From a bacterium (GTDB lineage: Bacteria; SAR324; NAC60-12), in NCBI GenBank assembly GCA_965209155.1, contig OZ242383.1, positions 3,584,001 through 3,648,000 on the forward strand: DNA of 64,000 bases. The letters are read 5' to 3'. The position numbers were made by a program, and so were the translations under genes. Of this stretch, positions 28,426-39,138 are shown piece by piece. Under the pieces are notes generated by a model. The model ran no database searches and was not told the origin of the DNA. It saw nothing but the letters and a program-made list of their open reading frames with translations. Every line of letters begins with the position of its first letter. The stretch's first letter is position 1.

Positions 28426-31008
28426 TCAGTCGATCGGGTGAGAATCCTCCCTCAATGCTTTTGCCGGGATGATTCGGGCCATTTTAAAAGCAGGATAAAT
28501 GCCAGCCAGCAGGGCAGCCGTCAATCCGAGAACTATTCCCTGAACACAGATTTCGGCAGAAAGGATTGTCTGAAAAGTCCAACCAAAAGAGCGTAAATTG
28601 ATCACGTGAATCAATATTTGCGCCAGCCCATAACCCAGCGGAAAGGCCAACAGACCGGCAAAGATGCCCATCAAAGCACATTGCCCCATCACCACTCCCC
28701 AGATTTGCCAGGGCGTTAAACCGACTGTCCTCAAGACGGCGAGTTCCCGTTGTTTTTCCAACTCGAGCGCCATCAAAGCGCTCAACACGCCAAGAAAGGC
28801 CACTCCCATGATCAATGTACGCAGAATACCTGTGATGGCAAACGTACGATCAAAAATTTGGATGGAATAGTCACGCAGCGTCTCGTTCGATTGCACGAGC
28901 AAATGCTGAGGATCATCCGACAGCTGTCGAATTTGCGAGATCAGAGATATTTCGGATTGTGATGGTTCCAGGTAGAGGGCCATGGATTGAATCCGCTGGT
29001 CCTGCCAATGCTTCTTGAATGTATTTCGACTGATGGCCGCGTACCCTTGCTCCCTGCCGTAATCATAGAATATGCCCAGGATGCGGAATGGCCGCGAAGC
29101 TTGTGGGGTTTGCAATACAATCGTCTCTCCTGGTCTGAGTTGGAGGCGATAAGCAAGTGGTTCTGAGACGAGAATGGTATCTTCCTTTTCGAAAGACTCC
29201 CAAACGGGGGAAGATTCCCGTTGTTTGAATTGAAAAGAGGATCTCCCCGGGAGTGGAATGTCGAGTGCGACCAGGTGCAGGGTCTCCCTCGAGTGGGATT
29301 CCATATCGATTTGAACGTTTAACCGGCGTAACGTTCCGAAATGCGCAACTCCGGGAATGCCGGAAACTTTTTCTATGAACCGTTCCGGGAGAAAAACGGA
29401 ATGATCTTGATCGTTCATTGCCTTAGCAGAGAGATAAACGTCTGCTCGTAATGACGATTCCAACCAATGGACTACGGCAAAACGGAAGCTCTCCACCATG
29501 ATACCCACTCCCACCGACGTTGAGATGGCAACCAGCAGGGTCGCAATGGCTACTCCGGTACGGCTCAATTCTGCAGTGATCCCCCTGGCAGCCAGTAATC
29601 CGGGTGTTTTAAAAAGAGCATACATCAAGGGCAGGATGAGGCGAACCAGCCATTTCGTGATCCCTGGCACCAGCAGGGAAATCCCCAAAATCATAAAGAA
29701 AACCGCGATTAATATTGGAATCGGATCTCGAGACGGAAACCCCATCGAGATCCCGGAGACCACCAGCAGGGTTATGGCGATCATGGTCAGCCGGGGCAAT
29801 AAAACTCGCGTGCTATCTTCCTGGTTTGAGCGGCGCATGACGAGTGCGGGTTCAATTTGAGCTGCTTCTCTTGCCGGCAGTAATGCGGCAACCAGGGATG
29901 CTGCCACACCCAAAATGATTGCTTTGCTGAAAACGAACACGGAAAGGTGAATTTGATTGACGGAGACCTTGTAATAAAAATCGTTGATGGTTTGGGTTAC
30001 CAGTTCAATCAATCCATGAGCCAGAAAAATACCCAGCCCCAGGCCGATCAGCGTTCCAATACTGCCAATTATAAAAGCCTCACTCAACAAGAGGAGAAAC
30101 AATTCTCTACGATTCATTCCCAGCGCGCGCAGACGTCCCAGTATGGGGAATCGTTGCACGACCGAAAAGGTCATGGTGTTATAAATGAGAAAAACACCAA
30201 CTATTAAAGTCAGCAGGCTGAATACTGATAAATTCAAGTGAAATGAACGCGTCAATTTTTCAGCGCCTTCCAATCGCTCTGCATATTCCCGGAGACGAGC
30301 TCCATAGGGAAGGACCTGCCGTAACTTTTCCTCGATTGAAATCCGTTGCGCTCCTTGTGGTAAAATCAAATTGATTTGACTGAGGGATCCCACTTTATTC
30401 AAAATTTCCTGGGCAGTGGAAATATCAGTGATCAGCAGATCTTCCAGTACCTCATCTTCCAAGTCGTCTGAAGTTTGCAAAATGGAGAGGAGTTCCAAAT
30501 CATACGATTCTCTTCCCTGCCGGACCCTCAACCTGTCGGCAGGCTGAAGATGCAAGCTTTCGGCTGTCCTTTTTGAAAGTAACATACTTCGAGGCTGGCT
30601 GATGAATCGTTTCAGGTTCTCGAAATCCAGTTGCCAACTCGTTAAATAACGACGAAAGGGTTTTTCGACAAATGGATCGATTCCCAGGACTCGAATAGTC
30701 TTTCCGGGATAATCAGGAAGCGACAAGCTTCCTTCCACCACAGGAGCTGTCTGGCGTAAGTTCAAGTCGAGCCGCAGTCGGGTATATAAGGATTCCGACA
30801 GGTCACCGGAAAGGGGAACAACCTGGTGGGTAGCTTTGCCAGTCAGGCTTTCTATCGAATGCTCGAATGAGCGTTTGGCGCTTTCATTGATCAAATCGAT
30901 GGAAACCACCACGCCAACACCCAAGGCGACGGCAAGAATTGAGAGTCCCGACTGCCAGGGATGGCGCAGAAAATAACGCAGGCTGGATTTCCACAAAAGG
31001 GGTCTCAT
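28426..31008 (-). CDS. FtsX-like ABC transporter permease (duplicated MacB-type)
   Basis: Two periplasmic plus FtsX halves; FLIYNTM, LRALG, IN..SFGW; ATG 31008 preferred. Confidence 0.9.
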   Translation of the reverse strand: MRPLLWKSSLRYFLRHPWQSGLSILAVALGVGVVVSIDLINESAKRSFEHSIESLTGKATHQVVPLSGDLSESLYTRLRLDLNLRQTAPVVEGSLSLPDYPGKTIRVLGIDPFVEKPFRRYLTSWQLDFENLKRFISQPRSMLLSKRTAESLHLQPADRLRVRQGRESYDLELLSILQTSDDLEDEVLEDLLITDISTAQEILNKVGSLSQINLILPQGAQRISIEEKLRQVLPYGARLREYAERLEGAEKLTRSFHLNLSVFSLLTLIVGVFLIYNTMTFSVVQRFPILGRLRALGMNRRELFLLLLSEAFIIGSIGTLIGLGLGIFLAHGLIELVTQTINDFYYKVSVNQIHLSVFVFSKAIILGVAASLVAALLPAREAAQIEPALVMRRSNQEDSTRVLLPRLTMIAITLLVVSGISMGFPSRDPIPILIAVFFMILGISLLVPGITKWLVRLILPLMYALFKTPGLLAARGITAELSRTGVAIATLLVAISTSVGVGIMVESFRFAVVHWLESSLRADVYLSAKAMNDQDHSVFLPERFIEKVSGIPGVAHFGTLRRLNVQIDMESHSRETLHLVALDIPLPGRSSFQFKQRESSPVWESFEKEDTILVSEPLAYRLQLRPGETIVLQTPQASRPFRILGIFYDYGREQGYAAISRNTFKKHWQDQRIQSMALYLEPSQSEISLISQIRQLSDDPQHLLVQSNETLRDYSIQIFDRTFAITGILRTLIMGVAFLGVLSALMALELEKQRELAVLRTVGLTPWQIWGVVMGQCALMGIFAGLLAFPLGYGLAQILIHVINLRSFGWTFQTILSAEICVQGIVLGLTAALLAGIYPAFKMARIIPAKALREDSHPID

Positions 31009-31009
31009 C

Positions 31010-31720
31010 TCAGCAATGCTCCACGATTTTTCCCTCATGAATGGCAATCACCCTGTCCGCATGGGCAGTGAGACGTTCATTGTGGGTGGCTACTATCAGG
31101 GTGCGTGCTGCCTCTCGAACCAGTTTTTCCAAGAGGTCGATCACCAAGGCGCTCGTTACGGAATCTAAATTGCCGGTCGGTTCGTCTGCCAGCACCAGGG
31201 CGGGGCGATGAATCAGCGCTCGCGCAATGGCAACTCGTTGTTGTTCCCCGCCGGAAAGGCGGTCCGGGAAGCTGTCCATACGATCTGCCAACTGCAAATG
31301 TTCCAGTAAGTTGCCAATGGCCGGAGAAGGATCGACCGCGCCTCCCGCATTCAATTCCAGCGGCAGGGCCAGGTTTTCCCTGACCGTCAGGGTGGGAATG
31401 AGGTTGAAAAATTGAAAAATGAAACCAATGTGTTTCCTGCGGAAAAGCGTGCGTTCCTTTTCAGAAAGCTCTGTCAGTTTCTGGTCGTCTACCTGGATCA
31501 TTCCGGATGTGGGAGTGTCAATACCGGCAATGAGGTGCAGCAGGGTCGATTTTCCCGAACCACTGCGTCCCAACAAAACCACAAATTGCCCTGCAGGCAC
31601 TTCAAGTGATGCCTCCTCCAGCACTGTTAAACGGTTGTTCCCTTCCAAATAAATTTTAGTGAGATTGGCAATTGTCAGGAACCGGGTCGATTCGCTACGG
31701 TTGATCATCGGCGGTTTCAC
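31010..31720 (-). CDS. ABC transporter ATP-binding protein (LolD/MacB-like)
   Basis: GRSGSGKS, LSGGEQQRVAIARA, LADEPTGNLD. Confidence 0.95.
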   Translation of the reverse strand: MKPPMINRSESTRFLTIANLTKIYLEGNNRLTVLEEASLEVPAGQFVVLLGRSGSGKSTLLHLIAGIDTPTSGMIQVDDQKLTELSEKERTLFRRKHIGFIFQFFNLIPTLTVRENLALPLELNAGGAVDPSPAIGNLLEHLQLADRMDSFPDRLSGGEQQRVAIARALIHRPALVLADEPTGNLDSVTSALVIDLLEKLVREAARTLIVATHNERLTAHADRVIAIHEGKIVEHC

Positions 31721-33048
31721 TTCAGACGTTTTACTTGTCCTGCCACAACACGGATTTTTCGAGGCGCGGCCATCCAGATACAGAGGATCGAAAAGAAACT
31801 GAAGAAGAGCGCCATTAGAAAACCTGTCCTGTAATCTCCCTGCATGTCATAGATTAAACCCATGGTCCAGGGGCCGGCGGCAATGCCGAGACTTGCCGAC
31901 ATACTGAGCGTGCCGAAAATTTTTCCATATTGACGACTCTGGAAGACTTCCGCCGGTATGGCCGCATAGATCGGTGCGCTCCCGTAGCCCAACAATCCCT
32001 GCGCTGCAACCATCAAATACATCAGTAAGGGGTTATTGTCCTTCATAATCAGCAGTATTGCATAACACAATGCATAGCCGGTCCCGCTCAAGGTCCACCC
32101 CCATTCGCGACCGAGACGGTCCGACATGTGTCCAACGCCAATTTGTCCGAAAATTCCCAGGAAGGGTGCCAGTCCCAAGGCAAAAGCTGCCTGGCCTGCA
32201 GAAAAACCAAGATCGATGAGATGCCGTGTCTGGTGCACCTGGACGGCATACCACGCAAAGAGAATTGAGAAGAATGCCATAAAAATCCACCAGAAACGCA
32301 TGGTTCTCAGCGCCTTTGCCAATGTCCAATCGATCGCCACCCATCGCGCATCGACCACGTTGGAGGAACGGGACGATTTCTGTTTCTTTTCGTCGTCAGG
32401 CGGGTCCCCATCCGGGAGTAATCCCAATTCTTGCGGGCGTTGTCGCTGCAGTAGTAGATTGAGTGGCAGCAGGACGACAAGCAAGACAATCGCCATCGCC
32501 CAACAAGCCTCACGCCAACCCGATTCGTCGATTAAATTTTGGAGCCAGGGAAGTAGTACTATCGATCCCACCCCAACTCCCGAAAAGGCAATGCCCACGG
32601 CAAGACCGCGTTTCCTGACAAACCAGTTGGGAAGGAACATACCATGACCGATGTATGTCATGGAGATGCTGCCTCCCACCACCAATACGCCGAACGTTAA
32701 ATAGAGTTGCCAGGGCGTGTGGACGTTGGTTGCCAAGATGAGACCCGTACTGACCAATATCACTCCGCTCGCAATGACAACTCGTGCTCCCCAGCGGTCC
32801 ATCAAACTCCCGATGAAGGGAGAGTAGAAAAGAGCAGCGATAAAACCGATTGAAAAGGCGCCTGCGGTCACGCCTCGTTCCCAGCCGAATTCCTCGAGAA
32901 TCGGTGAATAAAGCAAAGAAAATGCGATGCGATTGCTGACGCCGATGCCCATGCTGATGAAAGCAACCGCCACCACAATCCATCCATAGAAAAAAGGCAG
33001 ACGATTTGTGAATGATGGCCGGGGAGAAGAGGAATCGTGGGCAAACAC
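31717..33048 (-). CDS. MFS transporter
   Basis: FFYGWIVV, G.L.DRWG.R, WF.RKRG.A.G, ~12 TM segments; GTG 33048 likely start (ORF extends to 33213). Confidence 0.9.
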   Translation of the reverse strand: MFAHDSSSPRPSFTNRLPFFYGWIVVAVAFISMGIGVSNRIAFSLLYSPILEEFGWERGVTAGAFSIGFIAALFYSPFIGSLMDRWGARVVIASGVILVSTGLILATNVHTPWQLYLTFGVLVVGGSISMTYIGHGMFLPNWFVRKRGLAVGIAFSGVGVGSIVLLPWLQNLIDESGWREACWAMAIVLLVVLLPLNLLLQRQRPQELGLLPDGDPPDDEKKQKSSRSSNVVDARWVAIDWTLAKALRTMRFWWIFMAFFSILFAWYAVQVHQTRHLIDLGFSAGQAAFALGLAPFLGIFGQIGVGHMSDRLGREWGWTLSGTGYALCYAILLIMKDNNPLLMYLMVAAQGLLGYGSAPIYAAIPAEVFQSRQYGKIFGTLSMSASLGIAAGPWTMGLIYDMQGDYRTGFLMALFFSFFSILCIWMAAPRKIRVVAGQVKRLK

Positions 33049-33311
33049 GGAGTTTCCATAATGAAATGCTTGGACTGTGCAGAGAGTACACTCGTTAAAA
33101 AGAATTGCCCTTTTCGGGCCTCTTGTCAAGAACAAACCCGGTAAAATTCTTTTCTGGAATACAGTATTGAATCGCATGACGTCAATGACGAGCCAAAATT
33201 GATGGAATTGCATCCGAAATTTTGATAAAAATGAACATTTCTGAAATTTACGAGGTTCATACGATCCTTTTCAAGATGAGCAACAAGAGGCTTTTTTAAA
33301 GAAATCAAATA

Positions 33312-34268
33312 ATGAGCAAATTGATCACGATTTTTGGCATCTACGTTGTGGATATGAACTTTCGTTCCCCAAAAATTCCGGTACCGGGAGAAACCCTTAT
33401 CGGACATTTTTTTTCGGGACCGGGCGGCAAGGGGTCCAACCAGGCAATCGCTGCCAGCCGGGCAGGAGGTGAGGTGACGTTCATTGCGAAAATCGGAGCG
33501 GATCTCTATGGAGACGAGGGTTTGCAATGTTATCATAAAGAGGGGGTGCAAACGGATTTGATCATTCGCGATGAAAAACAGTCCACCGGAGTAGCCGCCG
33601 TCATGCTCGAGGAAAATACTGGCCGCAATGCAATTGTCGTCTGCCCGGCTGCCGCTTCAACTTTCACGGTGGATGAAATCTTGCAGGTCGAATCCCGCAT
33701 TCAAAATTCCTCATTTTTCATGACGCAGTTGGAAACGCCTTTGGATGCCACCTTCAAAGCATTGGAAATCGCCAGTAAACACCAGGCGTCGGTCATTCTC
33801 AATCCTGCTCCTGCCCGGGAACTACCGGGATCGATTTATCCCCTCTGTGATTATTTCACTCCCAATGAAATCGAAGCCTCTGCTTTGACAGGGATTTCCG
33901 TAGAAAGCGTTGCCGATGCCGAAAAAGCCGCAGATATTTTCTTGGAGCGAGGAGTGAGAAACGTGATCATCACTTTCGGAGAGAAAGGTGTTGTTGTCAA
34001 AAATGCAACCTTATTCAAACATATGCCAGCCATCACCCTGCAAGACCCGGTGGTCGACACCACCGGTGCCGGCGACGCCTTCAACGGTAGCTTCGCAGCC
34101 GCTTTGAGTCGAGGAATGGAACTGCTGGAGGCCATTCACTACGCCAACGTGGCAGCTGGTATTTCCGTCACCCGGTACGGCACCGCCCCTTCCACGGCAT
34201 ACCAACATGAAATCGAGCAAGCCCTCGTCTCAGTTTGCCCGGTGCAACGCAACGAGGACCATGGTTAA
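33312..34268 (+). CDS. rbsK: Ribokinase (PfkB family)
   Basis: GPGGKGSNQA, QLE, NPAPA, PNEIE, DTTGAGDAF. Confidence 0.9.
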   Translation: MSKLITIFGIYVVDMNFRSPKIPVPGETLIGHFFSGPGGKGSNQAIAASRAGGEVTFIAKIGADLYGDEGLQCYHKEGVQTDLIIRDEKQSTGVAAVMLEENTGRNAIVVCPAAASTFTVDEILQVESRIQNSSFFMTQLETPLDATFKALEIASKHQASVILNPAPARELPGSIYPLCDYFTPNEIEASALTGISVESVADAEKAADIFLERGVRNVIITFGEKGVVVKNATLFKHMPAITLQDPVVDTTGAGDAFNGSFAAALSRGMELLEAIHYANVAAGISVTRYGTAPSTAYQHEIEQALVSVCPVQRNEDHG

Positions 34269-34302
34269 AAACAGAAGAGCGAATCTTCGATTTTCAGGTA
34301 CG

Positions 34303-35913
34303 ATGAAAGCCAGTGATTTATTTATTGAATGTTTGGAGGCGGAAGGGGTTGAATACATCTTCGGTGTGCCGGGTGAGGAGAATTTAGACGTATTGAATTC
34401 CCTCAAAGATTCTTCAATCGAGGTCATTTTAACGAGAAATGAACAATCTGCCGTTTTTATGGCAGCCACTTATGGGCGATTTACGGGTAAACCCGGAATT
34501 GCCATTTCGACCTTGGGGCCGGGAGCTACGAATCTCGTCACAGGCGTTGGATATGCGCAGCTGAATGGACTGCCTGTGATCGTCTTGACCGGACAAAAAC
34601 CGATTAAAAAATCCAAACAAGGTGATTTTCAGGTGATTGACGTCGTTAAAATGATGGAACCCATTACTAAAATGGCAGTTCAAATTAAAAATTCTGCGAG
34701 AATCACAACCACGATCAGACAGGCATTCAAGACCGCTATTGCGGAACGACCAGGTGCCGTTCATTTGGAACTTCCCGAAGATATTGCCAGCGAAACGATC
34801 AATGGATACGCGCCAATTGTACAAATGCCCATTCGCAGACCGGTTGTAGAGGGAGTCGCCATTGATTTGCTGGTGACTGAACTGGAGAATTCCCAAAGAC
34901 CGGTTGTTCTGGTTGGGGCAGGCGCAAACAGGAAGAGGGTTTCCAGGTATTTGACGGAATTCGTTACCAAGTACAATATCCCTTTTTTTAATTCACAAAT
35001 GGGAAAGGGGGTCTTGAGTGAAGATCTGGCGCAGTATGTGGGAACAGCCGCACTGTCTGATGGGGATTCCGTTCATAAAGTGATAGAATCCGCAGATTTA
35101 ATTTTGGCGATAGGTCATGATACGATAGAAAAGCCAACCCATTTTGTGACAGAAGGTCAAACCAAGACTGTTCATATCAACTATTACGAAGCCAAAATTG
35201 ACGATGTCTACGCCCCTCATCTCGAACTGGTGGGTGATATCGGGAATACGTTCTGGCAGCTTTGCCAAAAAGACATAAAACATAGTTGGGATCATTCTCG
35301 TATGTTTGCAATCGCAGAAAAAGAATTTCAAAAATCGATTGATAACCTTGCAAAAGAAAAAGACTCTGAAACGCTCATGCCAAGGCGTTTCGTCAAGGAA
35401 CTCAGGCTCGCACTGGCCGAGGAAGATATTCTGGCATTGGATAATGGTTGGTATAAAATCTGGTTAGCCAGAAATTATAAGACTTATCATCCAAATACGA
35501 TCATGTTGGACAATACGTTCGCTACTATGGGTGCCGGTATGCCTAGTGGAATGATAGCGAAATTTTTAAATCCTTCCAGAAAAGTGGTCACGGTGACGGG
35601 AGATGGCGGGTTGGTTATGAATTTGGGCGATATCGAAACCGCCGTGAGAATGAAGGTGGATTTGGTAATTATTATTTTAAACAACAATGCTTACGGAATG
35701 ATAAAAATCAAACAAGCTCAAGCCGGTTTTGATGAGTATTCTTTAGATTTTCCCAACCCGGTTTTTATTCAATTGGCGGAAAGTTTCGGTGCCAAAGGCA
35801 TTAAAGTCGAAAAAGCGGATGAGTTTTATCCTGCATTGAAAAAAGCGTTGCATACCCGGGGAGTGGTGCTGATGGACGTCGCTTTCACCTACCAGGGATC
35901 CGTAGTGGATTGA
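34303..35913 (+). CDS. Acetolactate synthase large subunit (TPP enzyme)
   Basis: FGVPGEEN, TLGPGATN, ATMGAG, GDGG-x-NN motif; ATG 34303 (or 34261) likely start. Confidence 0.92.
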   Translation: MKASDLFIECLEAEGVEYIFGVPGEENLDVLNSLKDSSIEVILTRNEQSAVFMAATYGRFTGKPGIAISTLGPGATNLVTGVGYAQLNGLPVIVLTGQKPIKKSKQGDFQVIDVVKMMEPITKMAVQIKNSARITTTIRQAFKTAIAERPGAVHLELPEDIASETINGYAPIVQMPIRRPVVEGVAIDLLVTELENSQRPVVLVGAGANRKRVSRYLTEFVTKYNIPFFNSQMGKGVLSEDLAQYVGTAALSDGDSVHKVIESADLILAIGHDTIEKPTHFVTEGQTKTVHINYYEAKIDDVYAPHLELVGDIGNTFWQLCQKDIKHSWDHSRMFAIAEKEFQKSIDNLAKEKDSETLMPRRFVKELRLALAEEDILALDNGWYKIWLARNYKTYHPNTIMLDNTFATMGAGMPSGMIAKFLNPSRKVVTVTGDGGLVMNLGDIETAVRMKVDLVIIILNNNAYGMIKIKQAQAGFDEYSLDFPNPVFIQLAESFGAKGIKVEKADEFYPALKKALHTRGVVLMDVAFTYQGSVVD

Positions 35914-36073
35914 TTGAAATAAATCACAATTGTTCTTGTGGTCCCCGCTCCAGGGAATCCATTATCAATTCGTTTTCAGGACCGTTTTTTTCACTTAAAA
36001 ATATCCTGATCGCTGACAATTCCATGACTCTTTGCTTTAGCTGACATATGTTCGCGCAAAGAACGAAACTGTC

Positions 36074-36358
36074 TCAGAAAAATGTGTTACTTAACCGCTT
36101 GACCGAATCGTCATGCCGCTGATCAGCAACCCCAACACCGTACCGGGTACCAGGATCATCACCAGGTGCCCCAGGCGGGTCCTCGGACCAACGGATCATG
36201 GTCACGGAGGGAGCCCAGCCAAACCAGAGGACAGGGTAGATCATCACTAGGATGGCGATAAAGAACTCGGGGGTGGAAATGAAAAAAAAGACGATGGTGC
36301 TGAAAAAAAAGAGGGTGGGGATGATAAGCAGCAATCTCCTGATGATATATCCACGCAT
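36074..36358 (-). pseudogene. Internally deleted and frameshifted copy of the OppB-like permease at 40143-41093
   Basis: Same N-terminus MRGYIIRR...STIVFF fused directly to FISTPEFF; frameshift after WSEDP. Confidence 0.9.
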
Positions 36359-36400
36359 GGGGTTCCTCTTATAGAATTGGGCGTAGATGTTACGTTGAGA

Positions 36401-36622
36401 TTAAGCCTCGACATCTTTTCTTTCCGCTTTAAAAAGTTCTTCCACATCAAGATGGACATCCAGATTTTCCCATGCAATCATGGTCCCGCGTCCAATAATC
36501 TCAAATTCTTGAAGCTCTTCTAAAGCTGCTTCTCTGAGTTGTTTGACCCAACGAAGAGGTATCGATAAAACCCGTCCATTGGGCCGCATGAGCGGCCAAA
36601 AAGGCGTTCCCACGGAGACCAT
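36401..36622 (-). CDS. DUF2442-domain protein, probably N-terminally truncated
   Basis: GR.LSIPL.W...L..A..E....FE..G.G..I.W..LD..L.V. Confidence 0.7.
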   Translation of the reverse strand: MVSVGTPFWPLMRPNGRVLSIPLRWVKQLREAALEELQEFEIIGRGTMIAWENLDVHLDVEELFKAERKDVEA

Positions 36623-36643
36623 GGGAACGATAAAAACAAAGAG

Positions 36644-38374
36644 CTAGTATCCCATTTCCTCCTTCAATTCCTGATCGATCCAGATGCGAGCAAAGACGGG
36701 GCCTTCTCGCATCAATCCCATCGTGATTTCACCATCAAAACCGCCAACGTAGGGATGCCATACTTGAAAATTCGCATGGGGCAGCAGCGCTGTTTGATAA
36801 TGCTGCTCGGTCCAACGCAGGGTGACCGCCTTCATGGCTTTGACAAAGTCCTCATGGCTCTTGGCGTTGATTGCGGCGTCCATCAAAATTTCCAAGGTGG
36901 GATCTTTCAATAAGTTATAGATGCAACAGGAGGTGTTCCTGGGATCGAACTGGAGCGTTGCCCACAAGAGCGGGTCAATATTCACTGCGGCCCAACCGTA
37001 GTGGAGTTCATAACCTGCACGGGTTTCGGAGATCATCGTCCAAAAATCTCCCCACTCCACCTCGATGATCTCGGCCTCGATACCGATCTCACGAAGATAG
37101 CCCGTAGCGATCTGGACGATGTTCCAATCCTGTTCCTGCCGCGCGGCATGGAGGGTAGTCTTGAATCCGTCGGGATAGCCCGCTTCGGCCAGCAGCCGCT
37201 TGGCTCCTTCCGGGTTGTACTCGTAACCTTCCCGGATATGCTTCGGCAACTCACTCAAGGGAGTAAAAAATTCCGCAGCCGATTCTCCCAGGGCCGGGTA
37301 GATGACAGGAGGCACATACCCCTGGTAATATTCCGAGGACATCTCCTCGTAATTCAAGGCCATCTGCATCGCTTTCCGGACCCTCAGGTCGGCCCAGGGA
37401 TGGTTCGGGTCGTCAAACAAATACCCGATGGCCCAGGATTCCAAAACCCAGCTCTTCACCTGAATGTCCGGGTGGGTCTTCTTAAGCTGATTGAATTCCT
37501 CGAGGTTTAGCGCAGCAATGTTGCTTTTGCCGATATGGTCGACCTGACCAGTGCGAATCGCGGCCATACGGGTGGCGGTCTCTTTGATGATCAACCAGCG
37601 GACCTGGTCCAGGAAGGGCAGCTGGTACTGTGGATCCAATTCATAGGTTCCCCAATAGTCCGGATTTTTCTCCCAGGTGACCGAACTGCCTTCTTGATAG
37701 TCTTTGAGCATCCAGGCCCCGGTACCGACTTGTTCTTTCCAATCGGTCAGGTCTCCATGTTCTTTCGGGAAGATTTTGTCCCCATTGGACTGCGTGAGAA
37801 AAATATTTTCGAGATGGATGCTGGGCTCATGCTTGATGACCACCGTGTACTCATCTCTGGCCTCAACCGATTTGATGCCGTAGGGAGCCCATGTTTGTCC
37901 TATCTTGGAAGCTTCCGTGTAACCCGACCCTAAACCCAAGAGCCGGTGAAAGGAGTACACCACGTCTTCCGCCGTCATTTCTCTTCCATTGGTCGGGGGT
38001 CTGTTATGAAAGCGCATCCCTTTGCGCAGGTAAAACACCATGGTTCCCGGATCTTCTATTTCATAACGTTCAGCCGCCCAAGTGGTCCCGCACGCCTTGG
38101 ACGCATAGTCTATCGTCCAGGGACACTCATCCCGGGGTTTGGTCCAGTCGCCAAAACCGAGTTGCTCATAGACGTAACTGGGTTGCGGATTTGGATCAAG
38201 GTGCGGATCCCAACTGACGATGGTATGGCCCACCGTGGTGAACGTCCCTCCATATTGAGGGGTCTTCGTGGCCATCTTCTGGCCCACCGTGAACGTGGGA
38301 AAGATCAACAGGATCAATCCCACGGCGATCAAACCATAAAATCGTTTGAACATGAATCTTTTCAGTACAGACAT
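36644..38374 (-). CDS. ABC transporter substrate-binding protein, family 5 (copy A)
   Basis: PQYGGT, LRKG.RFH, TAEDVVYS, VGTG.W, NPDYW, D.RVRKA, YNPE.AK.LLAEAGYPDGF. Confidence 0.93.
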   Translation of the reverse strand: MSVLKRFMFKRFYGLIAVGLILLIFPTFTVGQKMATKTPQYGGTFTTVGHTIVSWDPHLDPNPQPSYVYEQLGFGDWTKPRDECPWTIDYASKACGTTWAAERYEIEDPGTMVFYLRKGMRFHNRPPTNGREMTAEDVVYSFHRLLGLGSGYTEASKIGQTWAPYGIKSVEARDEYTVVIKHEPSIHLENIFLTQSNGDKIFPKEHGDLTDWKEQVGTGAWMLKDYQEGSSVTWEKNPDYWGTYELDPQYQLPFLDQVRWLIIKETATRMAAIRTGQVDHIGKSNIAALNLEEFNQLKKTHPDIQVKSWVLESWAIGYLFDDPNHPWADLRVRKAMQMALNYEEMSSEYYQGYVPPVIYPALGESAAEFFTPLSELPKHIREGYEYNPEGAKRLLAEAGYPDGFKTTLHAARQEQDWNIVQIATGYLREIGIEAEIIEVEWGDFWTMISETRAGYELHYGWAAVNIDPLLWATLQFDPRNTSCCIYNLLKDPTLEILMDAAINAKSHEDFVKAMKAVTLRWTEQHYQTALLPHANFQVWHPYVGGFDGEITMGLMREGPVFARIWIDQELKEEMGY

Positions 38375-38487
38375 AGCTTACTCCTTAATAAAAAATTGGA
38401 CACTCCTCGTCCTTCACCTTGAAGAATTCGGATAACTCAGGAATTGAATATTCCCAAAAAATTTCCCTTTTATACGGGGAACTGGTT

Positions 38488-38516
38488 AAATTATCTCTGC
38501 TAAAGTGGGAGGTCAA
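38488..38516 (-). promoter_or_regulatory. Sigma70-like promoter of SBP copy A (also conserved at 42983-43011)
   Basis: TTGACC-17 nt-TAATTT, present in both duplicated leaders. Confidence 0.4.
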
Positions 38517-38649
38517 GAAAAAAGTAATCATTGGGATTGACTATTTTTTCAGAAGATTTTAAAAAATACTGAATTGGAGACCGCCCATCTCCCATTTATG
38601 GAGACGGAGGTTGCCTCACTCAATGATTTGAACATGTTCCACATGAACC

Positions 38650-38900
38650 AGGAGTCAGAAACGTGTCATTCCTGGTTTGACCAGGAATCCAAAGGGATAC
38701 GGGCGATATTTTGGATGCCGGATCATCCAGGTTTGGATCCGGGAACCAGAAAACGAGAATTGAAGTAATGGATTCCGGTTCGGAGGCCGGAAAGACAATT
38801 GAAAAACTCAGGAGTCAGAAACGTGTCATTCCTGGTTTGACCAGGAATCCAGGGGGATCCGGGACGCGTATGACACAACTTTCACGGGCATCAGGAGTAA
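38650..38900. repeat. REP-like palindrome cluster
   Basis: GTCATTCCTGGTTTGACCAGGAATCC x2 plus GGATTCCGGTTCGGAGGCCGGAA. Confidence 0.88.
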
Positions 38901-38908
38901 AAAGCGTG

Positions 38909-39086
38909 TCATTTGGAACTTCCCGAAGATATTGCCAGCGAGACGATCAGCGGAAAGTTTCGGTGCCAAAGGCATTAAAGTCGAAAAAGCGGATGAGTTT
39001 TATCCTGCATTGAAAAAAGCGTTGCATACCCGGGGAGTGGTGCTGATGGACGTCGCTTTCACCTACCTGGGATCCGTAGTGGATTG
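38909..39086 (+). pseudogene. Deleted remnant of a second acetolactate synthase copy
   Basis: 38909-38950 matches ~34761-34800 and is joined directly to a match of ~35776-35913. Confidence 0.88.
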
Positions 39087-39138
39087 ATTGAAATAAATCA
39101 CAATTGTTCGTATGCTCCCCGCTCCAGGGAATCCATTA

